A stretch of DNA of 60,702 bases, the filler included, from Nemertoderma westbladi (Eukaryota; Animalia; Xenacoelomorpha): the NCBI GenBank assembly GCA_032718475.1. It is 3 parts of 3 records of this genome, joined end to end, with 100 filler letters (N's around TTAATTAATTAA, not from the genome) between each part and the next. Parts side by side here need not be neighbours in the genome. Positions count along the whole stretch, not along the records: positions 45,866 to 60,702 come from JAUCBJ010004085.1; 2 more parts are not named here. One strand, 5' to 3'. Positions 48,556 through 60,702 of this stretch are shown here, in pieces (the first letter of the stretch is position 1; each line of letters opens with the position of its first letter). The translations under genes and the position numbers were made by a program. The notes under the pieces are model-generated. The model made no database searches. It was not told the DNA's origin and saw only the letters and a program-made list of their open reading frames with translations.

Positions 48556-51500
48556 CTGCAAGGTAAAATAAATACACATGTATCCGTTGGGGGGCGTCTC
48601 AAAGAGCTGCAACCTATATAGTGAAGCCTCCGCTTTTTACCAACTCACCTATCTTCTATGCTAAACTTTCCATCGACAACTTCTTGAATTTCCTCTCTAA
48701 TTACCACCAAGGCGTCTATGTACCTATCGATCTCGGTTTTATCTTCACTCTCGGTCGGCTCTATCATTAGCGTCCCGGGTACCGGCCACGACATTGTCGG
48801 CGCGTGGAACCCAAAGTCCTGGAGTCTCTTCGCCGCGTCCGTCTCAGTCACTCCGTGGCCTTTGAACTGTCGGAAGTCGAGAATGAACTCGTGGGCGCAG
48901 AGTCCGTGTTTGTTCGTAAAGGTTGTTGGGTAGTAGGCTTCCAGCCTCTTTCTCATGTAATTAGCATTAAGAATTGCGATCTCAGACGCTTTTGTAATAC
49001 CTGTAGAGCGAGTAATAGGATTTTGTAGGATTCAATAGGATTCAGGATTTCATCAATTTTAACTATGAATTTTTAACTATGACTTTTTTATTTATTTATA
49101 CATGTAAAATGTTGTTTCGGCAAGGTCATGCACGGTTTTACCAACGAACGTACAATAATTAATTTGTATTATAGAGTGTTGTTAACTTCACGCACCACCC
49201 ATTAACTAACAATCTGAGCCAGCTATTCTATTACTACGTCCGGCATGGTTACAAATTATAAAAAGTTGTTAGTTTTTAGAATAAATAACAATTTTGACAT
49301 ATATAAAAGCAAATTTTGTTGGCTGCAGCCCATGATGGGCTCTGACTCCAACGTGACATCCATTGCGCTACACTTTAAGTAACAACGTAAAGCTTTGCTT
49401 TGCTTAAAGGAGAGACAAACCAGTGACATTGAGTAGATGAGAAATAACGTAATTGGAGTCAACATTTGTAACAAAATTTATCGCAATCGGTTATTCAATA
49501 TTAAACACTATTTATTTAAAATTTTAAAAGTGTGTGTTGTTAAAGGTGGAGGAGTTTAGAGTCTAGAATTTAGTGACAAACTTTCTATACGGAAAAGATG
49601 AAAGGAAAAATTCGCTTAAAACAACCGTGACATGATTGATGACGTCATTGGATTTCTACTCACCGATGCTCCCCATCATCTTTATGTAGGTCCATGATAT
49701 GGGAAGGATTGAGGGCGATCCCCAGGGACTACCGCTGATCACCCCGAAGGCGGTATCGGCCCCCACGGGTTCGGCCGACGGGTGGGACGGGATGTAGGGT
49801 ATCAGATGCCGCTTCACTCCTATCGGGCCCATCCCCGGCCCCCCGCCCCCATGGGGGATGCAGAAGGTCTTGTGGAGGTTGAGATGGCTGACGTCACCAC
49901 CGTAGTCGCCCGGCCGACACAGACCGACTTGGGCGTTCATGTTGGCGCCGTCAATGTAAACCTGATAATATTTTGCAAATGATGTATTGCATATAATTTT
50001 TTTGCAAAACAGGCCGTAGTGAATGTAAACAATTTATCTGACACATGTAACCCTATTGTAGACAAATATGATTTATTAAAAAAATTGAAATATAAAAAAA
50101 GAACATGAATAGACAAATATTTTAATTTTAAACCTTTCAGTTTTCGTGTCTCGTTTAAAAGGATAAATAGGCCTAATAAATGTTTAAAAATATTTTATAA
50201 AAACACAGCAATATCTGAAGCACCAAATTTAGTATTTTCATCACGAAATTAATTTTTTGATTATGGATTGGTTTGTTTTTATTTTTGGGTTTGAGTTAGG
50301 TGCTCATCACATAGCCTAAAGAAAACTGTCATGAAAACATGTTACATATTAAATCAAGTACTTTGTCGTAGGTAGGTGTAAAACGCGGATCCGGATCCGG
50401 ATTCAAAAATTATCAATTAAGGGAAAGGAGCAGGTTACAATGGCACGTTATTTTAACCAAAACAATAAACTAAAGTCAATAGAACAGGTTATAGTTTTAT
50501 TTTTGTGAGTTATAAAAATTTAAAAAAAATCGACTTCCGTAGGGACAATGTTAAATGTAGAATCTGGATCCGCGTTTTACTCTGACCCCTTTTTCGTCAA
50601 TTTCGGACGTGTTGTTGTTACCTTTGGTCGGTTGCCACTCCTATAAGCAGCGAATTGCATTTAGTGTTTGAAATTTATTTCGGTAGTTGTTCTTTATTTT
50701 ATTTTTATTTGCCTTTAAGTGGCAGCCAAAAGCCCAGACAGATGTTGGGAAACACACATAAGGAAATATAAGGAAACTCGTGAAATTGATTGCTTGAGAG
50801 ACAATAAATGTTATTTAATGTAAGTTACTGGTTACTCTGTGTTACCGGAAGTTTAAGTGGGACGTCATTATTGCCCGGAAGGCGTCATTCAATCGCCTAA
50901 CGATACTCAGCTCAATACCATTGGGCCAATCGAATTACTTAGCAATAACTGAGGGTCGAACTCGTGATTTTTTACAAACGAAACTCACAGTAGTGTAAGT
51001 AACATCTGCCAAACATACCTGTCCTCCATGGTAGTGAATCATGTCGCATACCTCCTCCACGTTCTCTTCAAAGACCCCGAATGTTGAGGGATAAGTGATC
51101 ATTACTGCCGCTAAATCCTTGGCGTGTTTCTCGCACAAACTCTTGAGGTGTTTCATGTCAATCTCTCCTCCTTTACAATGGTTCACAGCAACCACATCCA
51201 TTCCTGAATTTCAATAATGTATTAATATATTTTCAAACAAAATAAAGGTGTCTGGTCTTTCTGTAAAATATTGTGAATAAGATAGCCTTCACAACAATAA
51301 TTATTCATTACATGGGAAAAAAAGTAGAACTTTTTTTCACTATTCTCGAGGCATTTTATTTACCGAGCGTCAGCGAAGTTAATAAAGGGTCGAGAGAATA
51401 TTGAAAATAAAATTTTCAACGTTTTTTCCCATGTAATACGTAATTTTATTCTTAAATTGGTACTTTTTTGTTGCTAAATTCTCTAAAGAGATAGAGCGAT

Positions 51501-54500
51501 ATACAGTAGTGTAACAAAACTAATTGAACTGCTATATTTTACTATATTGCTTCCATAGTTACTGCGATTCCAATTATTGTACTCTTCAACTCCTGACCTG
51601 ATGCTGCCTTACTCAATGTTAAAATAATTTAGTGTTCTCGAATATTTATTACGTAACTAGAGAGCCGCTTAACTACATAAACCAATAATCTGATAGGCCT
51701 ATTGGATATTGAGTTCCGTTTTGGAGTTCGCCTTGCAGACACCAAAGTTGCAATAACTTTTGAGTGCGTGCATGAATTTTGCTCAAATTATTTCCAAGCC
51801 TTTTCTACGCCGATGCTCTTTCAATATATACCATTGACGATAGCCACCTATTAATAATAGCCACCGGGGCCATGAACCGGTAATGAAATGAAATAACTCT
51901 GAATGCGTGAACTATTATAGTGATAACATTTTCTTAAATACACAACATGGCATCGAATGTAAACAGTACAGTACACTCTTGTATTTAGGTATATATTTTT
52001 GAAAAATGATTAATCCCAAAATGAAAATAAACACAATTCTAACCTTTCAACCCCCTACCCAATAACTGTATGCTGTGGAATTGTTTGCCGTAATTCATTA
52101 TTTTATCAGCAAATTATTTATTTATTTTTTTCTAATTATTGTTGAATATAATGAGTAATGATATCTTTTTACCGATTTCACATTTTCTGCCAACCCGATT
52201 TGATTCCGTACTCCAGCCTATGTACGTCAACAACGAACCTGCGATCTGCGCTGACGCTGGATTGGTCCCGTGGGCCGAACGCGGGATCAGACAGACCTTC
52301 CTCCCGCCCTCGCCCTGCGCCTGTAGGTAGGCTAGGATAGTCCTGAGACCAGAATACTCTCCCTGGGCGCCGCTGTTAGACTGAAAGGAGATCGCATGGT
52401 AACCCGTAATCGCACATAAATCTCGTTCTAATTCTTCGAATAATTTCATATATCCTAGGAAATACGAAAGGAAATAAATCAGGATTGATTTAATATCGCG
52501 ATAGAGAAAGGAATTCCGTTTAAAAGTTTTAAAGAACCGGTTTTAGGTGCTGATGGTGGTGCGTACGGTTGTATAACAATGCCAACCTTTAGTTTGTGTT
52601 GGTGGTGGGGCGTACTGGTGTATAACAATGCCAACCTTTAGTTTGTGTTGGTGGTGGGGCGTACTGGTGTATAACAATGCCAACCTTTAGTTTGTGTTGG
52701 TGGTGGTGCGTACAGTTGTATAACAATGCCAACCTTTAGTTTGTGTTGGTGGTGGTGCGTACGGTTGTATAACAATGCCAACCTTTAGTTTGTATTGGTG
52801 GTGGGGCGTACGGGTGTATAACAATGCCAACCTTTAGTTTGTGTTGGTGGTGGGGCGTACTGGTGTATAACAATGCCAACCTTTAGTTTGTGTTGGTGGT
52901 GGGGCGTACTGGTGTATAACAATGCCAACCTTTAGTTTGTGTTGGTGGTGGGGCGTACTGGTGTATAACAATGCCAACCTTTAGTTTGTGTTGGTGGTGG
53001 TGCGTACTGGTGTATAACAATGCTAACATTTAGTTTGTGTTGGTGGTGGTGCGTACGGGTGTATAACAATGCCAACCTTTAGTTTGTGTTGGTGGTGGGG
53101 CGTACTGGTGTATAACAATGCCAACCTTTAGTTTGTGTTGGTGGTGGTGCGTACTGGTGTATAACAATGCTAACATTTAGTTTGTGTTGGTGGTGGTGCG
53201 TACGGGTGTATAACAATGCCAACCTTTAGTTTGTGTTGGTGGTGGGGCGTACTGGTGTATAACAATGCCAACCTTTAGTTTGTGTTGGTGGTGGGGCGTA
53301 CTGGTGTATAACAATGCCAACCTTTAGTTTGTGTTGGTGGTGGTGCGTACTGGTGTATAACAATGCTAACATTTAGTTTGTGTTGGTGGTGGTGCGTACG
53401 GGTGTATAACAATGCCAACCTTTAGTTTGTGTTGGTGGTGGGGCGTACTGGTGTATAACAATGCCAACCTTTAGTTTGTGTTGGTGGTGGGGCGTACTGG
53501 TGTATAACAATGCCAACCTTTAGTTTGTGTTGGTGGTGGTGCGTACGGTTGTATAACAATGCCAACCTTTAGTTTGTGTTGGTGGTGGGGCGTACTGGTG
53601 TATAACAATGCCAACCTTTAGTTTGTGTTGGTGGTGGTGCGTACTGGTGTATAACAATGCTAACATTTAGTTTGTGTTGGTGGTGGTGCGTACGGGTGTA
53701 TAACAATGCCAACCTTTAGTTTGTGTTGGTGGTGGGGCGTACTGGTGTATAACAATGCCAACCTTTAGTTTGTGTTGGTGGTGGTGCGTACTGGTGTATA
53801 ACAATGCTAACATTTAGTTTGTGTTGGTGGTGGTGCGTACGGGTGTATAACAATGCCAACCTTTAGTTTGTGTTGGTGGTGGGGCGTACTGGTGTATAAC
53901 AATGCCAACCTTTAGTTTGTGTTGGTGGTGGGGCGTACTGGTGTATAACAATGCCAACCTTTAGTTTGTGTTGGTGGTGGTGCGTACAGTTGTATAACAA
54001 TGCCAACCTTTAGTTTGTGTTGGTGGTGGTGCGTACGGTTGTATAACAATGCCAACCTTTAGTTTGTGTTGGTGGTGGTGCGTACTGGTGTATAACAATG
54101 CTAACATTTAGTTTGTGTTGGTGGTGGTGCGTACGGGTGTATAACAATGCCAACCTTTAGTTTGTGTTGGTGGTGGGGCGTACTGGTGTATAACAATGCC
54201 AACCTTTAGTTTGTGTTGGTGGTGGTGCGTACTGGTGTATAACAATGCTAACATTTAGTTTGTGTTGGTGGTGGTGCGTACGGGTGTATAACAATGCCAA
54301 CCTTTAGTTTGTGTTGGTGGTGGGGCGTACTGGTGTATAACAATGCTAACATTTAGTTTGTGTTGGTGGTGGTGCGTACGGGTGTATAACAATGCCAACC
54401 TTTAGTTTGAGTTGGTGGTGGGGCGTACTGGTGTATAACAATGCCAACCTTTAGTTTGTGTTGGTGGTGGGGCGTACTGGTGTATAACAATGCCAACCTT

Positions 54501-57500
54501 TAGTTTGTGTTGGTGGTGGTGCGTACAGTTGTATAACAATGCCAACCTTTAGTTTGTGTTGGTGGTGGTGCGTACGGTTGTATAACAATGCCAACCTTTA
54601 GTTTGTATTGGTGGTGGGGCGTACGGGTGTATAACAATGCCAACCTTTAGTTTGTGTTGGTGGTGGGGCGTACTGGTGTATAACAATGCCAACCTTTAGT
54701 TTGTGTTGGTGGTGGGGTGTACTGGTGTATAACAATGCCAACCTTTAGTTTGTGTTGGTGGTGGGGCGTACTGGTGTATAACAATGCCAACCTTTAGTTT
54801 GTGTTGGTGGTGGGGCGTACTGGTGTATAACAATGCCAACCTTTAGTTTGTGTTGGTGGTGGGGCGTACTGGTGTATAACAATGCCAACCTTTAGTTTGT
54901 GTTGGTGGTGGTGCGTACAGTTGTATAACAATGCCAACCTTTAGTTTGTGTTGGTGGTGGTGCGTACGGTTGTATAACAATGCCAACCTTTAGTTTGTAT
55001 TGGTGGTGGGGCGTACGGGTGTATAACAATGCCAACCTTTAGTTTGTGTTGGTGGTGGGGCGTACTGGTGTATAACAATGCCAACCTTTAGTTTGTGTTG
55101 GTGGTGGTGCGTACAGTTGTATAACAATGCCAACCTTTAGTTTGTGTTGGTGGTGGTGCGTACGGTTGTATAACAATGCCAACCTTTAGTTTGTATTGGT
55201 GGTGGGGCGTACGGGTGTATAACAATGCCAACCTTTAGTTTGTGTTGGTGGTGGTGCGTACAGTTGTATAACAATGCCAACCTTTAGTTTGTGTTGGTGG
55301 TGGTGCGTACGGTTGTATAACAATGCCAACCTTTAGTTTGTATTGGTGGTGGGGCGTACGGGTGTATAACAATGCCAACCTTTAGTTTGTGTTGGTGGTG
55401 GGGCGTACTGGTGTATAACAATGCCAACCTTTAGTTTGTGTTGGTGGTGGTGCGTACAGTTGTATAACAATGCCAACCTTTAGTTTGTGTTGGTGGTGGT
55501 GCGTACGGTTGTATAACAATGCCAACCTTTAGTTTGTATTGGTGGTGGGGCGTACGGGTGTATAACAATGCCAACCTTTAGTTTGTGTTGGTGGTGGGGC
55601 GTACTGGTGTATAACAATGCCAACCTTTAGTTTGTGTTGGTGGTGGGGCGTACTGGTGTATAACAATGCCAACCTTTAGTTTGTGTTGGTGGTGGGGCGT
55701 ACTGGTGTATAACAATGCCAACCTTTAGTTTGTGTTGGTGGTGGGGCGTACTGGTGTATAACAATGCCAACCTTTAGTTTGTGTTGGTGGTGGGGCGTAC
55801 TGGTGTATAACAATGCCAACCTTTAGTTTGTGTTGGTGGTGGGGCGTACTGGTGTATAACAATGCCAACCTTTAGTTTGTGTTGGTGGTGGGGCGTACTG
55901 GTGTATAACAATGCCAACCTTTAGTTTGTGTTGGTGGTGGGGCGTACTGGTGTATAACAATGCCAACCTTTAGTTTGTGTTGGTGGTGGGGCGTACTGGT
56001 GTATAACAATGCCAACCTTTAGTTTGTGTTGGTGGTGGGGCGTACTGGTGTATAACAATGCCAACCTTTAGTTTGTATTGGTGGTGGGGCGTACGGGTGT
56101 ATAACAATGCCAACCTTTAGTTTGTGTTGGTGGTGGGGCGTACTGGTGTATAACAATGCCAACCTTTAGTTTGTGTTGGTGGTGGGGCGTACTGGTGTAT
56201 AACAATGCCAACCTTTAGTTTGTGTTGGTGGTGGGGCGTACTGGTGTATAACAATGCTAACATTTAGTTTGTGTTGGTGGTGGTGCGTACGGGTGTATAA
56301 CAATGCCAACCTTTAGTTTGTGTTGGTGGTGGGGCGTACTGGTGTATAACAATGCCAACCTTTAGTTTGTGTTGGTGGTGGGGCGTACTGGTGTATAACA
56401 ATGCCAACCTTTAGTTTGTGTTGGTGGTGGTGCGTACGGTTGTATAACAATGCCAACCTTTAGTTTGTGTTGGTGGTGGGGCGTACTGGTGTATAACAAT
56501 GCCAACCTTTAGTTTGTGTTGGTGGTGGTGCGTACTGGTGTATAACAATGCTAACATTTAGTTTGTGTTGGTGGTGGTGCGTACGGGTGTATAACAATGC
56601 CAACCTTTAGTTTGTGTTGGTGGTGGGGCGTACTGGTGTATAACAATGCCAACCTTTAGTTTGTGTTGGTGGTGGTGCGTACTGGTGTATAACAATGCTA
56701 ACATTTAGTTTGTGTTGGTGGTGGTGCGTACGGGTGTATAACAATGCCAACCTTTAGTTTGTGTTGGTGGTGGGGCGTACTGGTGTATAACAATGCCAAC
56801 CTTTAGTTTGTGTTGGTGGTGGGGCGTACTGGTGTATAACAATGCCAACCTTTAGTTTGTGTTGGTGGTGGTGCGTACGGTTGTATAACAATGCCAACCT
56901 TTAGTTTGTGTTGGTGGTGGGGCGTACTGGTGTATAACAATGCCAACCTTTAGTTTGTGTTGGTGGTGGGGCGTACTGGTGTATAACAATGCCAACCTTT
57001 AGTTTGTGTTGGTGGTGGGGCGTACGGTTGTATAACAATGCCAACCTTTAGTTTGTGTTGGTGGTGGGGCGTACTGGTGTATAACAATGCCAACCTTTAG
57101 TTTGTGTTGGTGGTGGGGCGTACTGGTGTATAACAATGCCAACCTTTAGTTTGTGTTGGTGGTGGGGCGTACTGGTGTATAACAATGCCAACCTTTAGTT
57201 TGTGTTGGTGGTGGTGCGTACTGGTGTATAACAATGCTAACATTTAGTTTGTGTTGGTGGTGGTGCGTACGGGTGTATAACAATGCCAACCTTTAGTTTG
57301 TGTTGGTGGTGGGGCGTACGGTTGTATAACAATGCCAACCTTTAGTTTGTGTTGGTGGTGGGGCGTACTGGTGTATAACAATGCCAACCTTTAGTTTGTG
57401 TTGGTGGTGGGGCGTACTGGTGTATAACAATGCCAACCTTTAGTTTGTGTTGGTGGTGGGGCGTACTGGTGTATAACAATGCCAACCTTTAGTTTGTGTT

Positions 57501-60500
57501 GGTGGTGGGGCGTACTGGTGTATAACAATGCCAACCTTTAGTTTGTGTTGGTGGTGGGGCGTACGGTTGTATAACAATGCCAACCTTTAGTTTGTGTTGG
57601 TGGTGGGGCGTACTGGTGTATAACAATGCCAACCTTTAGTTTGTGTTGGTGGTGGTGCGTACTGGTGTATAACAATGCCAACCTTTAGTTTGTGTTGGTG
57701 GTGGTGCGTACGGTTGTATAACAATGCCAACCTTTAGTTTGAGCCGGTGGGGCGTACGGGTGTATAAGATTGAATTTTTCCCAGGTTATTGGCACCAGTT
57801 CGGTGGTGCTATTGAGTTTCATTGTGCACGACCCCAAAGGTATCATCGAGTGCACCAGAGAGATATCTTTATTCTCAAGAACCTTCATATATCTTATTAG
57901 TTTGGTTTCGGAGTGATGGGTATTGAAAACTGGATGAGTTAGAAATTCTGATTTCCTGTATGAAATAAATGATTCATGGATTATATTGGTTTAATATATT
58001 TAAGGTGCGCCACCTTTATGGCCGGTTTTGTAATCTTTTTTATTCTCCCGACTTTTGCAGTTTCGAACGACTTTACGGAAATAAATCTAATCTAATTGGC
58101 TAGAATTGTTCCCATACCAACAAACACCTAATCAATATAGTTTCCTTAAATTTACGCAAACTAGATCTCAAACTAATTATATCAAACATTTGTTGTTATA
58201 ATCATTTTATTTTGTTTCTCAAACTTTTGTCAAGTCGTTCGAACGAGTTTCTATTTCTAAATGTCGGTGAAACAAAAATAAATATTATAAAACTGGCCAC
58301 TCATTGCGACCATAGATAATCGTTATTTTAACTTATTTATATTTCGTAAATAAATAATGCGGTAATTAATTATTATTTAAATAAAGATCAATAACATTCC
58401 CTTTCAGATAATTTATTTGTGCGGGGTTACTATAATAATGTTATTATACTGCTTTGTTATCTGGTAACCGTCGTACATTTTTATGGTTGTTTATTTAATA
58501 TTAGTGCCTCCATTTGGCCGGTAAGAAGATGACATAGATAATATACGATTTTTAATTAATTTTAATTAATATAGATTATAATATAAGATTCATTAAAATT
58601 CATATAATGTGACGTCACTAAACTTACTTGGCCGGCAAAGGCTACTTACCTAGAGAATGGACCGTGACCTATTTGCTTGGGAGGGGTGTCCCCAAGCTCA
58701 GTTGCTAAGTCCTCAACCGATGCGGGGCACTCGAATATCTCGAGTATGTCGTCCAAATCCTCGAGTTCGGTCGTTTCGCTCAACGCTATTCCGACATCCT
58801 GTTTATTGTCCTCGTGGATTCTGAAGTTTATCTTCTTCGCGAAACCGCGTTCTACAATACGTACTGGGCCGTCCTTGTGAGGGGGGGGGGGGGGGGGGGG
58901 AGTGTTAAAAAACAAACATATTATCACTAAGTGGTTATAATATATATCTATTTTTTATGTGAATAATTGAATATTTAGACTTAAAATGTTACAATATTTT
59001 TTTAGGTATACCACACGGCAATGATAGGGTAAAACTTAAATAAGAAACCTGGTACAATGTTTAAGATATCATTTTAATTTTATTACTGTAAGAGTTACAA
59101 TAATTAATTAAATATAAGGTTATTATCTAAATAGTTAAATAAAGTGTTCATACCTTTTACATTTTTAAAGATTAATTTTAAACATAGACAGGCGAATTTA
59201 ATAGTGTTCTAGAATTCTAGGGAATACCTTAGGTTCCACTCTAAGTGTATCGAAGAAGGAGTCATTGAGAACTCTATGTCCCGCTCGCTCCAGCCCCATA
59301 GCCAGTAGAACCGCCATGTTGTGGGTCCGATTGGCTATCTTTGTTATCCCTTTGGGTCCGTGGTACACCGTATACATTGCAGCGACGTTGGCTAACAACG
59401 CCTGAGCGGTGCAGATGTTACTCGTGGCTTTGTCCCGTCGTATGTGCTGGAAAATTACAATCCAGAAAATATTAATCGACAATTTTTTTTAAATAAAAAA
59501 AATGAGTATGGTTAGTGCGATTTGGAAAAACATTGTAAAAGCTAATATAAAATCCGGAACGTTTCCTATATAATTAATTATTTTTTACTTCATCAGCCGA
59601 TATAATAAAATTTAAGAAATTTTACATATATTAAATAAAGCTTCTGTATTAAATTTAAAAATAAATACATATCTAATTAAAACAAATAATAAAACTTCTG
59701 CCTTTCTGTTCAGCTGCACTCTGTTCTGCTGTACCGGTACCAGTACCTGTTCTCGTGTCTGCAACGCCAATCGTAACACCTCGTTGCCCTGAGCGTCCCG
59801 CGAAACGCCCACGACGCGCCCGGGCATCATTCGGGCGAGCCGATGGTCGCAGGAGAAGAACCCGGCGTGCGGCCCTCCGAAACCGAGTGGAACGCCTAGA
59901 CGCTGAGAGTTACCCAGAGCGATGTCGCAGCCGAATTCACCTGCGTGTCAAGTAGAAACAGACCCGAAATTAAAGACTGAAGTACCGCAGTTTTAGATTT
60001 TTCGGATAATCTTTAATATATATATTTTTGAGTTTATTTTTTTAAATTTAATTATTTCCACAAATTGTTACAATTGAACTGAATTGTCCTAAGTCCCAAT
60101 TGTCCGGGTAACTATTGTCCGGGTCCGAATTGTCCGGGTGCAATTTGAAACCTGAAAATTTGGACACATACAAAAAAATGATTTTTTTAAATTATCACAA
60201 AATTATATATCCTTTTTGAATGCCAATTTTGTTTTCGTTTTTCTTTATCATTTTCGTTAATAAAACAATTAGCTATTTAAAATATGAGAAAAGTAATTCC
60301 ATATATAAAATTATTTGCATTTTAAGCGGATTTATTCGGATTCAATTGGCAGCCGGACAATTTGAGCCCATTTTTATAAGACGTAATTTTTGTCCGGGTC
60401 CGAATTATCCGTGTCCAAATGGTCTGTATCCCAAAATAAAACCCAGTAAACACGCATTTGATGTTTTGCCTTCATTTTGCGCCATCAACTCGGCTTCCCT

Positions 60501-60702
60501 TACCTGGCGGTTTTATTATCGCCAGTGCCAGCAGATCGGTCGCACACGAGACCAACGCCCCGGCCGCCTTGGCCCTTCTAACGACCTCCGAGTAATCAGA
60601 TATGGTCCCATCGGTGTCTGGATACTGAAACAAAACCCCGCAATAATTCCCGGACCCAAAGTCCGCGGTCATGCAGTCCCCGACCACAGTCTCTATCCCC
60701 AT
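48357..60702 (-). CDS. GLDC: Glycine dehydrogenase (decarboxylating), glycine cleavage P protein; 10 exons visible, 5' part beyond the window
   Basis: Exons join in frame through GT-AG sites; motifs [66 protein letters not shown] (PLP Lys), HAPTMSWPV. Confidence 0.98.
48649..49000 (-). CDS. GLDC: GLDC exon
   Basis: CAG|[15 protein letters not shown]...EPTESEDK...FSIED|GTGAG. Confidence 0.96.
49664..49961 (-). CDS. GLDC: GLDC exon
   Basis: CAG|[13 protein letters not shown]...LHKTF...YIKMMGSI|GTGAG. Confidence 0.96.
50378..50580. mobile_element. Intronic MITE
   Basis: GTAAAACGCGGATCC ... GGATCCGCGTTTTAC inverted ends; core shared with the 17280 family. Confidence 0.7.
51019..51203 (-). CDS. 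GLDC: GLDC exon
   Basis: CAG|MDVVAV...[12 protein letters not shown]...HGGQ|GTATG. Confidence 0.95.
51293..51452. mobile_element. Intronic palindromic MITE-like element
   Basis: TTACATGGGAAAAAA...TTCTCG mirrored by CGAGAGAATA...TTTTTTCCCATGTAA. Confidence 0.6.
52239..52454 (-). CDS. GLDC: GLDC exon
   Basis: TAG|[13 protein letters not shown]...[14 protein letters not shown]|GTTC. Confidence 0.95.
52551..57731. repeat. 49-bp intronic minisatellite (~106 copies) derived from the GLDC exon/5' splice junction
   Basis: Unit GCCAACCTTTAGTTTGTGTTGGTGGTGGGGCGTACTGGTGTATAACAAT (e.g. starts at 52581 and 52630). Confidence 0.97.
57732..57955 (-). CDS. GLDC: GLDC exon
   Basis: CAG|[17 protein letters not shown]...[11 protein letters not shown]|GTTGG. 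Confidence 0.95.
58650..58873 (-). CDS. GLDC: GLDC exon
   Basis: poly-C tract then AAG|DGPVRIV...INFR...GPFSR|GTAAGT. Confidence 0.88.
59228..59446 (-). CDS. GLDC: GLDC exon
   Basis: CAG|[15 protein letters not shown]...[10 protein letters not shown]|GTAT. Confidence 0.95.
59747..59940 (-). CDS. GLDC: GLDC exon
   Basis: CAG|[28 protein letters not shown]...LQTREQ|GTAC. Confidence 0.95.
60504..60702 (-). CDS. GLDC: GLDC exon (partial)
   Basis: [11 protein letters not shown]...[14 protein letters not shown]|GTAAG. Confidence 0.95.

Noticed and set aside
52551-57731. CRISPR-like array
   Set aside because: Head-to-tail units with no unique spacers, eukaryotic intron, no cas genes; the unit derives from the exon junction

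Overview
Animal (invertebrate-like) eukaryotic DNA in three pieces joined by 100-nt N/TTAATTAATTAA linkers (23878-23977, 45766-45865), so adjacency across the linkers is unproven. The first ~41 kb is a nest of mostly decayed transposons: three BEL/Pao LTR retrotransposons (E1 minus ~1-11896, E3 plus 20492-gap, E2 plus ~27600-38900), RTE and CR1/L2-like LINE fragments, a piggyBac, MITE/fold-back elements and an ALDH3 pseudo-exon. A 142-bp satellite follows, then ten 3' exons of glycine decarboxylase (GLDC, minus, 48357-60702). Highlights: (1) two highly diverged BEL/Pao elements both carry, in the env position after pol, a homologous ~740-aa extra ORF with a DEDDy (WRN/RNase D/Mut-7-like) 3'-5' exonuclease domain plus a Cys/His zinc-knuckle cluster. 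(2) A 5.2-kb GLDC intron is ~106 tandem 49-bp copies of its own exon-end/5' splice junction. (3) A ~26-bp motif recurs in the E1 LTR, in gag and in the 5' part of ORF3. (4) A uORF is coupled to E1 gag by an AUGA overlap. All family assignments come from motif recognition by eye; no searches were run.
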